Below, piece after piece: positions 55,962-64,000 of a DNA stretch of 64,000 bases; positions within the stretch are counted from its first letter, which is position 1, and every line of letters begins with the position of its first letter. The DNA comes from an uncultured Planctomycetia bacterium. GTDB taxonomy: Bacteria > Omnitrophota > Gorgyraeia > Tantalellales > Tantalellaceae. Location of the stretch: assembly GCA_964409365.1 (NCBI GenBank), contig CAYPCX010000002.1:96984-160983 (forward strand), written 5' to 3'. The position numbers and the translations under genes are program-made. The notes beneath the pieces were generated by a model. The model was not told the DNA's origin, did not search any database, and saw only the letters and a list, made by a program, of their open reading frames with translations.

Positions 55962-55974
55962 TGACAGGTTTGGC

Positions 55975-56045
55975 ATCTGCCAGCTACCAGCCATACTGAC
56001 AGTGCCGCAATAAGGTACCTGCCAGCTACCAGCGCTGAAGGTACC
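55975..56045 (+). repeat. Nested short direct repeats in the 3'UTR of the giant gene
   Basis: ctgccagctaccagc occurs twice (55976-55990 and 56019-56033) and aaggtacc occurs twice (56011-56018 and 56038-56045), immediately upstream of the terminator hairpin. ggtacc is self-complementary, so a small secondary stem is possible. Confidence 0.5.
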
Positions 56046-56048
56046 ATG

Positions 56049-56090
56049 CCGGAGGGGTGGGATAAGCCCACCCCTCCGGTTTAGCTCTTT
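56049..56090 (+). terminator. Rho-independent terminator downstream of giant gene
   Basis: Perfect 13-bp inverted repeat ccggaggggtggg / cccacccctccgg (56049-56061 / 56067-56079) with 5-nt loop ataag. A T-rich tract tttagctcttt follows, 88 nt after the TAA stop. Confidence 0.6.
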
Positions 56091-56330
56091 GAAACAGGAT
56101 TGGCGAATATTACGTAACTCATTATGTTTAAAGAAGAAAACCTTGAGTTAAGGTTTAAAAAATTCAGCTTTTGAGAACTAACAATCGGGCAAAATGGTGA
56201 TATACTTGAATTAAAGGTAATATAATAATGATAGTCATACAAATAGCCAAATAGCAGGGATACAGGAAGGAGGCATATTTTTTTGGATAATTATTAAAGA
56301 TATTTAATAAGAGCAAAAGAAGGTGTGCTC
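56091..56330 (+). promoter_or_regulatory. AT-rich promoter / 5'UTR region of gene 2
   Basis: About 240 nt of roughly 30% GC between the terminator and ATG56331, flanked by ~58% GC coding DNA. TATAAT at 56221-56226 with a weak -35-like GTGATA 18 nt upstream (56197-56202). SD-like GAAGGTG at 56319-56325. An orphan GGAAGGAGG at 56266-56274 has no usable start codon after it. Confidence 0.4.
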
Positions 56331-59300
56331 ATGTTTCCGTTCGGTGATGAAAAAACATATCAACGGGGCGATGGCGGTTTGGATAGATCCCCGGGGTCAT
56401 GGTTTTACAGGTATGTAAGTCATGTAAAGGGGAAGTCTGTCCCGGATCATCCCTCAAAGCCCAAAGGAGTGGCTTCGGTCTCAGCGGACAAGAATATACG
56501 GCCGTGGATCAGGCTCATCTCTGTGGTCCTTATTTTTACGTTCCTTTTCCAGCAGGTCTCTTTCGGCCAGGTGCAGCCGCCGGCGACACCACTAGTCAAA
56601 GGACGTGTCGATCTCAATCAGGTCTCGATACCCCGCGATATCGCCATTACCAAGGACATACATAGAACCTCCAGCAAGGAGCTCATCATAAACATCAAGG
56701 ATATCCACGACAACCTCGGCGCGCAGGAATCGATCGTGGCGGTCCTCGAGAACCTTGCCATGAATTATGACATCCGCTTTGTCGGCGTGGAAGGCTCGGA
56801 AGGGCTGATCGACATGAGCGTGATCAGGGATTTTCCCGACGCCGAGGCGAAAAAGATGACGGCCGAATACCTCATGAGCCAGGGCAGGATCTCGGCCGGC
56901 GAGTTCTTTGCCGCGCTCTCGGACCGCCCGGTCATGCTGTACGGGATAGACGACAGCCGGCTTTACCTGCAGAATTACCACGCGTTCATATCCGTCAATA
57001 AAAAGAAGAAGCTTAACATGAAGCTCGTGGGATCCCTGAGGAACGCGCTCGGCGCGCTCGGGGACCATATATTCTCCGACGAGCTGAAGCTGCTTAACAG
57101 CAATTCCATCCTGAACAACAATAACAAACAAAAAAGGTTCACCCAGAGGTGGCACAGCGTCGAGGAGATAGGAAGAAAATACGGCATCGGTTATTCTGAA
57201 TATCAGAACATCAACGCGCTGATGGATTCCATCGAACTGGAAAAAGAGATCAACTACGCGGCTACCAATGTCCAGAGGGACGAACTGCTCGACACGCTGG
57301 GCGGCAAGCTGAAAAGGGACCGCCTGGAAGAACTTATCCTGAAGAGCCTTTCTTTCAAGCTCGGCAAACTGTCGAAGAGCCAGTTCTATTCTTACATACT
57401 TCTCCTGGCCAAGGCCGCGGGTATCGACCCGTCGCAGTACAGCGAGCTGGAGAAGTTCTGTGATTACGTTAACCTTTACGAATCCATAGATATAGCCGGC
57501 CTCATGGACGAAATGGACGATTACGAGTGCAGGATAAGGGAGAAGCTTTTCAGGAACGACGATGAGAGGGAGCTCACGACGCTCATGAAGAACACCGAGA
57601 TACTGAACAACATCTTCTCGATCAAGCTTACCAGCGGCCAGCTTCGTTACTTCAGGGACCACATGGGCGACTTCCGATGGAAAAGGTTCCTTGATTTTAT
57701 CAGGACCCGCTATAAGAAATACCGGATACCTCTCCCTGCGGACCTGGCGGACGTAAGCGGCCTTTTTGAACAGCTTCCCCAGGCCTCGGATTTTTACGCG
57801 GCGGCGACGGACAGGAACAGGGCCATGGTGGAGAACACCATAGAATATATGAGAGAGAACGACGTGAGCGTAGCCGCCGTGGTGACCGGAGGTTTCCATA
57901 CAAGAGGTATCACCGAGATCCTCAAGTCGGATCAGCTTTCCTATATAGTTCTCCTGCCGCGCTTCAATCCCCAGAAAGGTAAACGGCCGTACGTGACCGT
58001 ACTCACCAATAAGGATAAGGAATACGAGCCTTATTCGGGATCGGGCGAATACCTGGCTACCACCTCGGAATATGCCCTTAAAAAGGCCATACTGGAAGGG
58101 ACCGGTATGAGCAAGGAGGACCTGAGGGCGGTATTCGAACCGATGGCAATGTCCCTCGGGCTCTCTTACCTTTTGAGGATGCAAAGGGGCATGGTCAATC
58201 CGGAAGTGCTGCAGGCGAGGATGCAGGACCTTTTGGACCAGTATTTCGATGACCTTATAGACAGCACGTATGAACTGGTGAAAGAAGGGAAAACAACTGA
58301 CGCCGAATTCAAAGAATTCCAAGAGGTCATAAACGGTCTGCGCGCGGGTAAACTGCAAAGAAGGGTGCTGGATGACGGCACTGTAAGGATAGGCATAGAA
58401 AGCGAAGAAGGCCTGTTCTTTGTCTATGATACCGAGCTTGTCGAGGATGAATCCGGCCAGAGAAAAATGGCATTAAAAAGATATGAGACGACCTCAAGGA
58501 AAAACTTTGATACGGCAATGAAGAGAGAAGCGCCCTTCAGGGCCGAAGCGGAAAGGATGGCGGAAGTCACCGAGATACTGGAAGAATCGCTTTTGAAGGC
58601 TAAAGAACTTCGGGAAGAGTCGGCGTTCCGGGCAAGGGAACTGCGCCTGAGGTTCTTCCTTGATCAATTAAGCAGGTACGAGGGCAGATTGGACCAGAAG
58701 TCTTCCATCAAAGTAGCGATTTTGAGGATAGCCAGGCGGAAAGGAATGGAAGAACTTTTGGAGACCGGCGAAGACGATGTGATTGCAGCAGCATTCATCA
58801 GGGCCCGGGAGGCAAAGAAAGCGGTCGAAGAAGAAGCGGCAGGGATGGTAGAAGCACTGGGGCCAGGGGTAGAGGTTGAAGCCAGAGTAGGAACGATGCA
58901 CCGCATGGGTATGGTTGAACAGGAGAATTTTTCCGCTAAAGAGGCGGATTTCATAAAGGAAGTTGGAGAACGAAGAAAAACCGGAGAACAAAAGATCGCG
59001 AAAAGGAGCATAGGATCAGAGGAAATAGGAGCAAAGGCAGAGGAGATAAAAGCGGAAATTATTTATGTCGATCTGGGCGACGAGGCCGATGGTTACCATT
59101 TTGAACATTCGGACGGGACAAAAATTATTGTTGTGGACGAAAGGTTTAAAGGGACAACTATTGAAGACGAGATAATATATCATGAAATGGCCGAGATCTA
59201 CTGGGAGAAACGGGGAATCGGTGTGCTCGATGCCCATCGTCTTGCCGCTGTCCTCCAACTCATGGAGTATGGAAGCGACGGATTGCAACTTACCCCATAC

Positions 59301-62300
59301 CATTATTCTCAGCTTACCACGGATCTAAACGCGGACCAGCTGCAGGAGATCGTTGACGAGTATGAACGCGGGAGAGAAGCGCAGCACAGCTTGTTCAGCA
59401 AACATTTCCCCGGGGGATACGTTGAAAAGATCCGGGGATATGAAGATAAGGTCTATGCGCAGGCTCAGATAAGCCTTAGCATGCGGCGCGCAGAGGAAGA
59501 AAAGATCACGCTTGCCAAAGCCGAAGAAGCGGCTAAGAAAGAAGCCGAAGAAACCCCGGCTGAGGAAGAGGTCGTTGAAGAAAAGGTAGAAGAGGAAGCG
59601 CCGGCCGAAGCCGAAGTCGAAGAAAAAGCGCCGGCCGAAGAAGAAGTGTCTGAGGAAGAAAAACAGCAGGTAGAAAAGGCCACGGAAGAGATAAAAAAGA
59701 AAGCGCCGTCACCTCTTGCAGTTGCCGCGCCCGGTCCGGTGAGAAACTTTTTGGAGGGCATCGAGAACGAGATAAACAAAGTGGAAAGTGCGCGCAAGGA
59801 GTATTTCACCCTGATGAGCAAGCTTATAGCTCACCCCGACAAGAAGATGGCCATGGCCGCGTACCAGTTCATAGATCTTGCGATAACTAAATTAAAGACA
59901 TTATATGAGTTGCTCGATAAGGCTATTGCCAAGCTAAGTGAAATACAGAACGATCTGGACGAGAAAGGCCAGCTGACTGATGAGGCCAATGATAGATTGA
60001 CCGTATACCGTTCGGGCATACTGAAGTTACAGATCCAGATCAATGACTTGGAGGAAATGTACGGTTCCGCCCTGAAGGATGAAGACCTGGAGAGGCTGGA
60101 AGAGAAGGAGGAAGAAGCCCCTGGGAAAGAAGCGGAAGAGGCGCCTGAAGAAGTAAGAGGAGAGCCCGCTGCCAGGGCCCCGCCCCCGGAAGATGTAAGG
60201 GATCATGCGACCAACCAGATCGCCAGGAATATCGCGAAAAGGTTCGGTATCCTGGCCAAAGTGAGAAGCTGGAGAAGGGCGAGGCAGGCCCGGAATATAG
60301 CAAGGAAATTCAACGAAACGCCCGAGGAAGACATACGCGATGACAGGGAGATGTTCGGCGTGGAGGTCATGGGTGCTACAGACGCAATATTGGAAAATGC
60401 TAAAAAATGGAGCGATCCCAACAATGATTTCTGGAAAGATGAAGAGAACCAGGAGCTTACCGAAGCGACCGTGGATAATATCAGGGAACAGGAAGAAGCG
60501 CTTGAGGGAGAGATCTCAAAGATAAGGGCCAATGTCCAGCCGAGTATCCAGGCGGATGCCAGCGACAGCCTGGATACGGTCATGGAGAAACTCCAGCAAA
60601 AAATCGACGCGGAAGAAGAAGATTATGAAGAGTATAAAGGTATCCTGGAGGAGCTTAAGGAGAAGAAGGCCGAGCTTGATAAATGGCGGAAGATCGTAAG
60701 GGTGGTCGAAGGCAAGGAGGTGGTAGATCATTCAAAATTGGGCATCCTTGTTACGATCATGAAAAATGACAAGGCACTTAATGATATGGTCGACAGGGGA
60801 GAGATGATAGATCCGAAGACCGGCGAGGTCAAGGACGGTTTCCTGAGGCTCGCGGGTGTTAACGTCAACCTGGCCATGCAGCTCGGGCTCGGGTTTACCC
60901 TTCGTGAGCATCAGTACAGCGGAGCCCGCGCCACTATCAGCGGCTGCATGATAAACCTGCACACGGGGCAGGGTAAAACGTACATAGATGTCCTCGACAG
61001 GTACATGGCCTCCCTTAAGAATAAGGGTATGCCCGTCGATCTCATGGCGACGGACGACAGCGAAGCGAGAAGGCTTGAATACTCGACCGGGCTCGTTTTT
61101 CGTCTGCTTGGCCGGAGTTGCGGCATCTTAAGCGCGGACCAGGGTATGGCCGCCGACGGCACGTATGTCAGGATGCGTCGCGAAAAAGGAAAGATCGACG
61201 AGCAGGAGAAACAAAAAATATTACTTGATAGAAAACGGAACGCCTCCGAAGCCCAGATCCGGTTCATAACCCCCAAGATAGCTTTTGACATCATGCATGA
61301 CATGGTCCTGGCCGACAATAAACACGGGGAACGCTATCTTCTAAGGGGATGCTATGACGTTCTGATAGACGAATCCGACAGCCTTCTGCTTGACCAGGCG
61401 CTCACCGAACTTATCATTTCCGTCTCGAGGGGCGATCTTGACCCGCATGAGGCCGTACCGTATTACGTGGCCCGCCAGGTAGGCGTTTACCTCCAGCAGC
61501 ATTCCGATGAGCTCAGGCTCGAGTCCACCACCCGGGAAAGGCCCGAAGAGGGTGATATAGAGGAAAAGGGAAAGTACACGGGGACGTGGGTGGAATATGA
61601 TAGTGATACCGGCCGGGTGTCCCTTACCGAGGAAGGAAAACGTGAAGTTAACAAAAAGATCGCTGACGCGGAGGACATAGCCCGGAAAATGGGGCTGGAA
61701 TATCCTACGAATAGAACGATCCTCTGGACAAGGCTTGTGGAGCAAAGCCTGAGCACGAGCGTGGAAAAGAATGCTTTTTACAGAGGGCGTGACATCGATA
61801 CGCAAAAGACGGGAGTCCAGCTGATAGATCTGGCGACGGGAGGCACATCATTCGGCCAGAAGAGGAGCCAGGACGGGCACCAGGCCGCGGAGGTCATAAT
61901 GGGCATCCCCAAGCTGAGCAGGCCCGGTGAGACTATGTCCAAGCTGTCGATGCTGGAGCTTGTGGACTATGTTTACGGCGGGAGTTTCTCGGGCCTCAGC
62001 GGAACGAACATAGAAGGACAGACGGAATTCTACGACAGGTTCGGTAAATCGGTAGCCAATATCCATGACTGGGACAGGGGATCCTTGCGCAAGGTGTGGG
62101 ACAGGAATGTGGCGGCCGGGGAGAGATTCGAGTACATGGTAAGGGAACTGATCAGGACGCGCGGCGATAAATATCTCAAAGACCGTCCGGTCGTTCTCAT
62201 GGTAAGCGATTTCTTGCAGGCCGAGCTTTTGGAAGACAAGATGAAGTGGATCATATTCATGGCAAAGGAAGAGAGATCGACGGCAGAAGGGAAAACGGAG

Positions 62301-64000
62301 GAGGCAAAGAAAAACGAAGAGGAAGCTAAGGCGATATTCGAAAAATTAGACCCCGGTGTCCAGGCGGAACTCAATAGGGTGTTCGGAAAATTGATGGATA
62401 CGGAGAAGGAAGCCCTGGCAGGGCAGAGTTTGGAGAACATGAAGGGGGTCCGGGCCGGCAAGGAATCGGAAAGGATAAGCGTACAGAAGACCGGCGGGAG
62501 GCTCGGCGCCCTCACGATAGCCACGAACATCCTGGGCCGCGCGACGGATATCAAGATCGAAGATTTATATGCGATCCTAAAAAGTACTGAAGAGGGCAAT
62601 GAGGGTGTTCAGGTTGTGTACAAGAAAGATCTGGTAGAGGTCCTCAAGCGTGTTCTGGGAGATAAGTTGACCGGGGATATTCTTAAGGCACTGATGGATT
62701 ATTATGACGCGGCCGATGACCCGGAGAAGGAAAGAGCCGCGCGGGAAGCTCTGGTAAAATCAGGGATAACAGGGAATATCCTCGACCTCCTTCGGGCCGC
62801 GAAGACGTTCAATTATGATGGAACGCGAACGGCCCTTGGCAATTTGGGCATAAAAACGGATGACGGTCCCGGAGCAGGTATCCTCCAGGGTATGATAAGG
62901 CTTGCCCTGTGCACGGTCCTGAACAAGAAGACCGCTAACCATCCGCGGGGAATAGAAGAGAGCAAAGCGGAATACGCGAACGCGAGAAGTTTGCTTGAAA
63001 AAAAGGGTTTGTGCTCCGAAGGCGTGGAAGGCTTTTTAAAAGCGGTCGCGGACGCCATGAATACCGGGAATTACGGGGCAGCCGAGCAGGCTCTTGTGGA
63101 TATGGGTGTGGACCGGGCATCCGCGAAGGCCATGGCCGACGGGATAAGGAGTGAAGTAGAAGCGGTGAAGAGCAGGGAACTCGGAGAACTTGAAAAACTG
63201 AGGATCGACAAGAACACCCGTGAAAATATTTTCAGGCATGTTACCGCCGGTGAGTATGCCGAAGCCGAAAGGCTTATCGTGGGGCTTGACGTTACGGCCG
63301 GCAGGAAGAGGGATGTATGGCGGGTGTACAAGAACATCAGGAAGGAGCTCCAGAGTATCAATCGAAAGGCCAGGAACGATCTTCGCGAAAAAGGCAAAAT
63401 AGACATCGCGGGAGAGATGCAGGAGATAATCGACGACCAGCTCGATATAAGCAACAGGGACGGATCGAGAGACAATACGGGCGAGAACGATGTCCGCCGG
63501 GAGCGCGAGGAAAGGTTGAAAGAGCTTTTGTCAAGGGACGAGCTCAAGGCCCAACTCGGCAATGAAGATAAATTTGTGGACGAATTCAGCCAGAAGATCA
63601 TACTCAGGTACACGAAAGGCCTTTTGTTCATGACCGAGATGGACGAGCTGATAAGGGTGGAGTGGCAGAAGATAGGACGGCCCGGCAGGGAAGGGATGCC
63701 CGGAGAGATGATATTTTTCCACGAGGTTGGCCCGGACACCCGCGAAGCCAGGAAACTGAACAGGATATTGATGCAGCGCGCTGAATACCGGAGCGAAAAA
63801 ACACAAGAGATCGAGGAGATGGAAAAAGAGCGGGACAGGCTGAGAGATGAAGGAAAGGGCCAAGAGGCGCGGGAGCTCCAGGAAAAGATCAACACTGCCT
63901 ATGACTCGCTCGGCAGGAAGGCCGACAAAACATATACCCGGAAACTCGAAGAGATAAAGTCAAAGATAGAGGAAAGAGAAGCCGCTATTGGCAGCGGAAA
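56331..64000 (+). CDS. Large (>=2,556 aa, 3'-partial) membrane-anchored protein with a long charged helical region and a SecA-like DEAD-box translocase ATPase core (NBD1+NBD2)
   Basis: ATG56331 preceded by GAAGGTG (SD-like) 5 nt upstream. Frame 3 was translated manually and is stop-free to the window end, which is why it is absent from the complete-ORF track. The translation starts MFPFGDEKTYQRGDGG. There is one hydrophobic segment (WIRLISVVLIFTFLFQQVSFG). SecA-like motifs: LREHQYSGARATISGCMINLHTGQGKTY (cf. SecA [29 protein letters not shown]), YDVLIDESDSLLLDQALTELIIS (cf. DEVDSILIDEARTPLIIS), QKRSQDGHQAAEVIMG, GLSGTN, GGRLGALTIATNILGRATDI, RVEWQKIGRPGREGMPGEMIFF (cf. [22 protein letters not shown]). 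Confidence 0.85.
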   Translation, partial: MFPFGDEKTYQRGDGGLDRSPGSWFYRYVSHVKGKSVPDHPSKPKGVASVSADKNIRPWIRLISVVLIFTFLFQQVSFGQVQPPATPLVKGRVDLNQVSIPRDIAITKDIHRTSSKELIINIKDIHDNLGAQESIVAVLENLAMNYDIRFVGVEGSEGLIDMSVIRDFPDAEAKKMTAEYLMSQGRISAGEFFAALSDRPVMLYGIDDSRLYLQNYHAFISVNKKKKLNMKLVGSLRNALGALGDHIFSDELKLLNSNSILNNNNKQKRFTQRWHSVEEIGRKYGIGYSEYQNINALMDSIELEKEINYAATNVQRDELLDTLGGKLKRDRLEELILKSLSFKLGKLSKSQFYSYILLLAKAAGIDPSQYSELEKFCDYVNLYESIDIAGLMDEMDDYECRIREKLFRNDDERELTTLMKNTEILNNIFSIKLTSGQLRYFRDHMGDFRWKRFLDFIRTRYKKYRIPLPADLADVSGLFEQLPQASDFYAAATDRNRAMVENTIEYMRENDVSVAAVVTGGFHTRGITEILKSDQLSYIVLLPRFNPQKGKRPYVTVLTNKDKEYEPYSGSGEYLATTSEYALKKAILEGTGMSKEDLRAVFEPMAMSLGLSYLLRMQRGMVNPEVLQARMQDLLDQYFDDLIDSTYELVKEGKTTDAEFKEFQEVINGLRAGKLQRRVLDDGTVRIGIESEEGLFFVYDTELVEDESGQRKMALKRYETTSRKNFDTAMKREAPFRAEAERMAEVTEILEESLLKAKELREESAFRARELRLRFFLDQLSRYEGRLDQKSSIKVAILRIARRKGMEELLETGEDDVIAAAFIRAREAKKAVEEEAAGMVEALGPGVEVEARVGTMHRMGMVEQENFSAKEADFIKEVGERRKTGEQKIAKRSIGSEEIGAKAEEIKAEIIYVDLGDEADGYHFEHSDGTKIIVVDERFKGTTIEDEIIYHEMAEIYWEKRGIGVLDAHRLAAVLQLMEYGSDGLQLTPYHYSQLTTDLNADQLQEIVDEYERGREAQHSLFSKHFPGGYVEKIRGYEDKVYAQAQISLSMRRAEEEKITLAKAEEAAKKEAEETPAEEEVVEEKVEEEAPAEAEVEEKAPAEEEVSEEEKQQVEKATEEIKKKAPSPLAVAAPGPVRNFLEGIENEINKVESARKEYFTLMSKLIAHPDKKMAMAAYQFIDLAITKLKTLYELLDKAIAKLSEIQNDLDEKGQLTDEANDRLTVYRSGILKLQIQINDLEEMYGSALKDEDLERLEEKEEEAPGKEAEEAPEEVRGEPAARAPPPEDVRDHATNQIARNIAKRFGILAKVRSWRRARQARNIARKFNETPEEDIRDDREMFGVEVMGATDAILENAKKWSDPNNDFWKDEENQELTEATVDNIREQEEALEGEISKIRANVQPSIQADASDSLDTVMEKLQQKIDAEEEDYEEYKGILEELKEKKAELDKWRKIVRVVEGKEVVDHSKLGILVTIMKNDKALNDMVDRGEMIDPKTGEVKDGFLRLAGVNVNLAMQLGLGFTLREHQYSGARATISGCMINLHTGQGKTYIDVLDRYMASLKNKGMPVDLMATDDSEARRLEYSTGLVFRLLGRSCGILSADQGMAADGTYVRMRREKGKIDEQEKQKILLDRKRNASEAQIRFITPKIAFDIMHDMVLADNKHGERYLLRGCYDVLIDESDSLLLDQALTELIISVSRGDLDPHEAVPYYVARQVGVYLQQHSDELRLESTTRERPEEGDIEEKGKYTGTWVEYDSDTGRVSLTEEGKREVNKKIADAEDIARKMGLEYPTNRTILWTRLVEQSLSTSVEKNAFYRGRDIDTQKTGVQLIDLATGGTSFGQKRSQDGHQAAEVIMGIPKLSRPGETMSKLSMLELVDYVYGGSFSGLSGTNIEGQTEFYDRFGKSVANIHDWDRGSLRKVWDRNVAAGERFEYMVRELIRTRGDKYLKDRPVVLMVSDFLQAELLEDKMKWIIFMAKEERSTAEGKTEEAKKNEEEAKAIFEKLDPGVQAELNRVFGKLMDTEKEALAGQSLENMKGVRAGKESERISVQKTGGRLGALTIATNILGRATDIKIEDLYAILKSTEEGNEGVQVVYKKDLVEVLKRVLGDKLTGDILKALMDYYDAADDPEKERAAREALVKSGITGNILDLLRAAKTFNYDGTRTALGNLGIKTDDGPGAGILQGMIRLALCTVLNKKTANHPRGIEESKAEYANARSLLEKKGLCSEGVEGFLKAVADAMNTGNYGAAEQALVDMGVDRASAKAMADGIRSEVEAVKSRELGELEKLRIDKNTRENIFRHVTAGEYAEAERLIVGLDVTAGRKRDVWRVYKNIRKELQSINRKARNDLREKGKIDIAGEMQEIIDDQLDISNRDGSRDNTGENDVRREREERLKELLSRDELKAQLGNEDKFVDEFSQKIILRYTKGLLFMTEMDELIRVEWQKIGRPGREGMPGEMIFFHEVGPDTREARKLNRILMQRAEYRSEKTQEIEEMEKERDRLRDEGKGQEARELQEKINTAYDSLGRKADKTYTRKLEEIKSKIEEREAAIGSG
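56493..56580 (+). other. Gene 2 N-proximal hydrophobic segment (signal-anchor / TM helix)
   Basis: KNIRPWIRLISVVLIFTFLFQQVSFGQVQPP. It is the only strongly hydrophobic stretch in the in-window part of gene 2. It starts about 55 residues from the N-terminus, so orientation is uncertain. Confidence 0.6.
59485..59715 (+). other. Gene 2 Glu/Lys/Ala/Pro-rich low-complexity linker
   Basis: RRAEEEKITLAKAEEAAKKEAEETPAEEEVVEEKVEEEAPAEAEVEEKAPAEEEVSEEEKQQVEKATEEIKKKAPSP. The underlying nucleotides are gaa/gag/gcc repeats. Confidence 0.6.
60880..63740 (+). other. SecA-like DEAD motor of gene 2 (NBD1, NBD2 with ~330-aa insertion before motif VI)
   Basis: GQGKT at about 60970. DESDSLLLDQALTELIIS at about 61365-61420. 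FYRGRDIDTQKTGVQLIDLATGGTSFGQKRSQDGHQAAEVIMG. LVDYVYGGSFSGLSGTN. GGRLGALTIATNILGRATDIKI at about 62495-62560. The inserted segment spans about 62600-63590. The motif-VI-like RVEWQKIGRPGREGMPGEMIFFHEVGPD lies at about 63655-63740. Confidence 0.8.

Noticed and set aside
51-55961. Possibility that the giant ORF is several fused genes or an assembly chimera
   Set aside because: There are no in-frame stops, and motif families are coherent across junctions (acidic Ca repeats, then beta region, then TM, then motor). I cannot exclude repeat-mediated misassembly from sequence alone. This is flagged for long-read verification instead.
56266-56274. Perfect SD-like GGAAGGAGG in the intergenic spacer
   Set aside because: No ATG, GTG or TTG at suitable spacing opens a meaningful ORF (the nearest TTG gives a 4-codon peptide). 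It is treated as part of the AT-rich leader rather than as a gene start.
56399-56665. 88-aa plus-strand ORF in the track
   Set aside because: It is out of frame with the long frame-3 ORF starting at ATG56331, which it overlaps completely. The frame-3 reading contains the TM segment and continues for more than 7.6 kb.
56592-58358. 588-aa minus-strand ORF overlapping gene 2
   Set aside because: Antisense to the stop-free frame-3 plus-strand gene, which carries the SecA-like motifs. No independent evidence supports it.
59150-59215. HEMAE in gene 2 (YHEMAEIYWEKRG) as a zinc-metalloprotease motif
   Set aside because: It is HExxE, not HExxH, and there is no supporting downstream Glu or His spacing. 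Not called.
1-64000. Search for tRNA/rRNA, CRISPR arrays, IS/transposase or integrase signatures
   Set aside because: No cloverleaf-like or rRNA-like segments were seen. There are no short regularly spaced direct repeats outside coding tandem repeats. No DDE or transposase- or integrase-like translations occur in any frame. The window is essentially two coding sequences.

Overview
GC-rich window (roughly high-50s % GC, GC3-biased codons) almost entirely filled by two co-directional plus-strand genes in the same frame. Gene 1 is a single uninterrupted ORF from ATG51 to TAA55961 (55,911 nt, 18,636 aa in-window). Frame 3 is also stop-free from nt 3 to 50, there is no RBS before ATG51 and no signal peptide at the in-window N-terminus, so the gene probably continues upstream of the window. 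The N-terminal ~12,000 aa are extremely acidic (D/E-rich). They contain about 26 dockerin/EF-hand-like DxNxDGxxxxxD Ca-binding loops, thrombospondin-type-3-like EDxDxDGxFD tandem arrays interleaved with a Cys-containing 'EALAAAWYTT...WYAHEPDCD' module (6+1 copies), an RHS/YD-repeat-like block, a ~60-aa 'NADGTYTF' beta-hairpin module, and long alanine/glutamate-rich helical stretches. Near 36 kb the composition switches to a K/A/V/G-rich beta-strand-like region. A Gly-rich block of about 9-11 hydrophobic (TM) segments lies at nt 45290-46890. It is followed directly by a divergent SecA-like DEAD motor (nt 47790-49620; Walker A GQGKT, Walker B DEVE, motif-VI-like RINANGRGAGN). After that come nine tandem ~97-aa repeats (nt 51350-53900) and a C-terminal domain. 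A perfect 13-bp stem-loop terminator and an AT-rich promoter-like spacer separate gene 1 from gene 2. Gene 2 (ATG56331 to past the window end, at least 2,556 aa) has one N-proximal hydrophobic signal-anchor segment and a long charged helical region. It carries a second, clearer SecA-like DEAD motor (nt 60880-63740; GQGKT, DESDSLLLDQALTELIIS, GLSGTN, TIATNILGRATDI, GRPGREGMPG) with a ~330-aa insertion inside NBD2. No rRNA, tRNA, CRISPR or mobile elements were seen. All minus-strand ORFs in the track are antisense shadows. The system resembles, as far as I recall, the class of giant genes with TM regions and divergent SecA DEAD domains reported from Candidatus Omnitrophota metagenomes. I read it as a giant Ca-binding adhesin/shell-type surface protein fused in cis to its own membrane anchor and a translocase-type ATPase, followed by a second membrane-anchored SecA-like protein.
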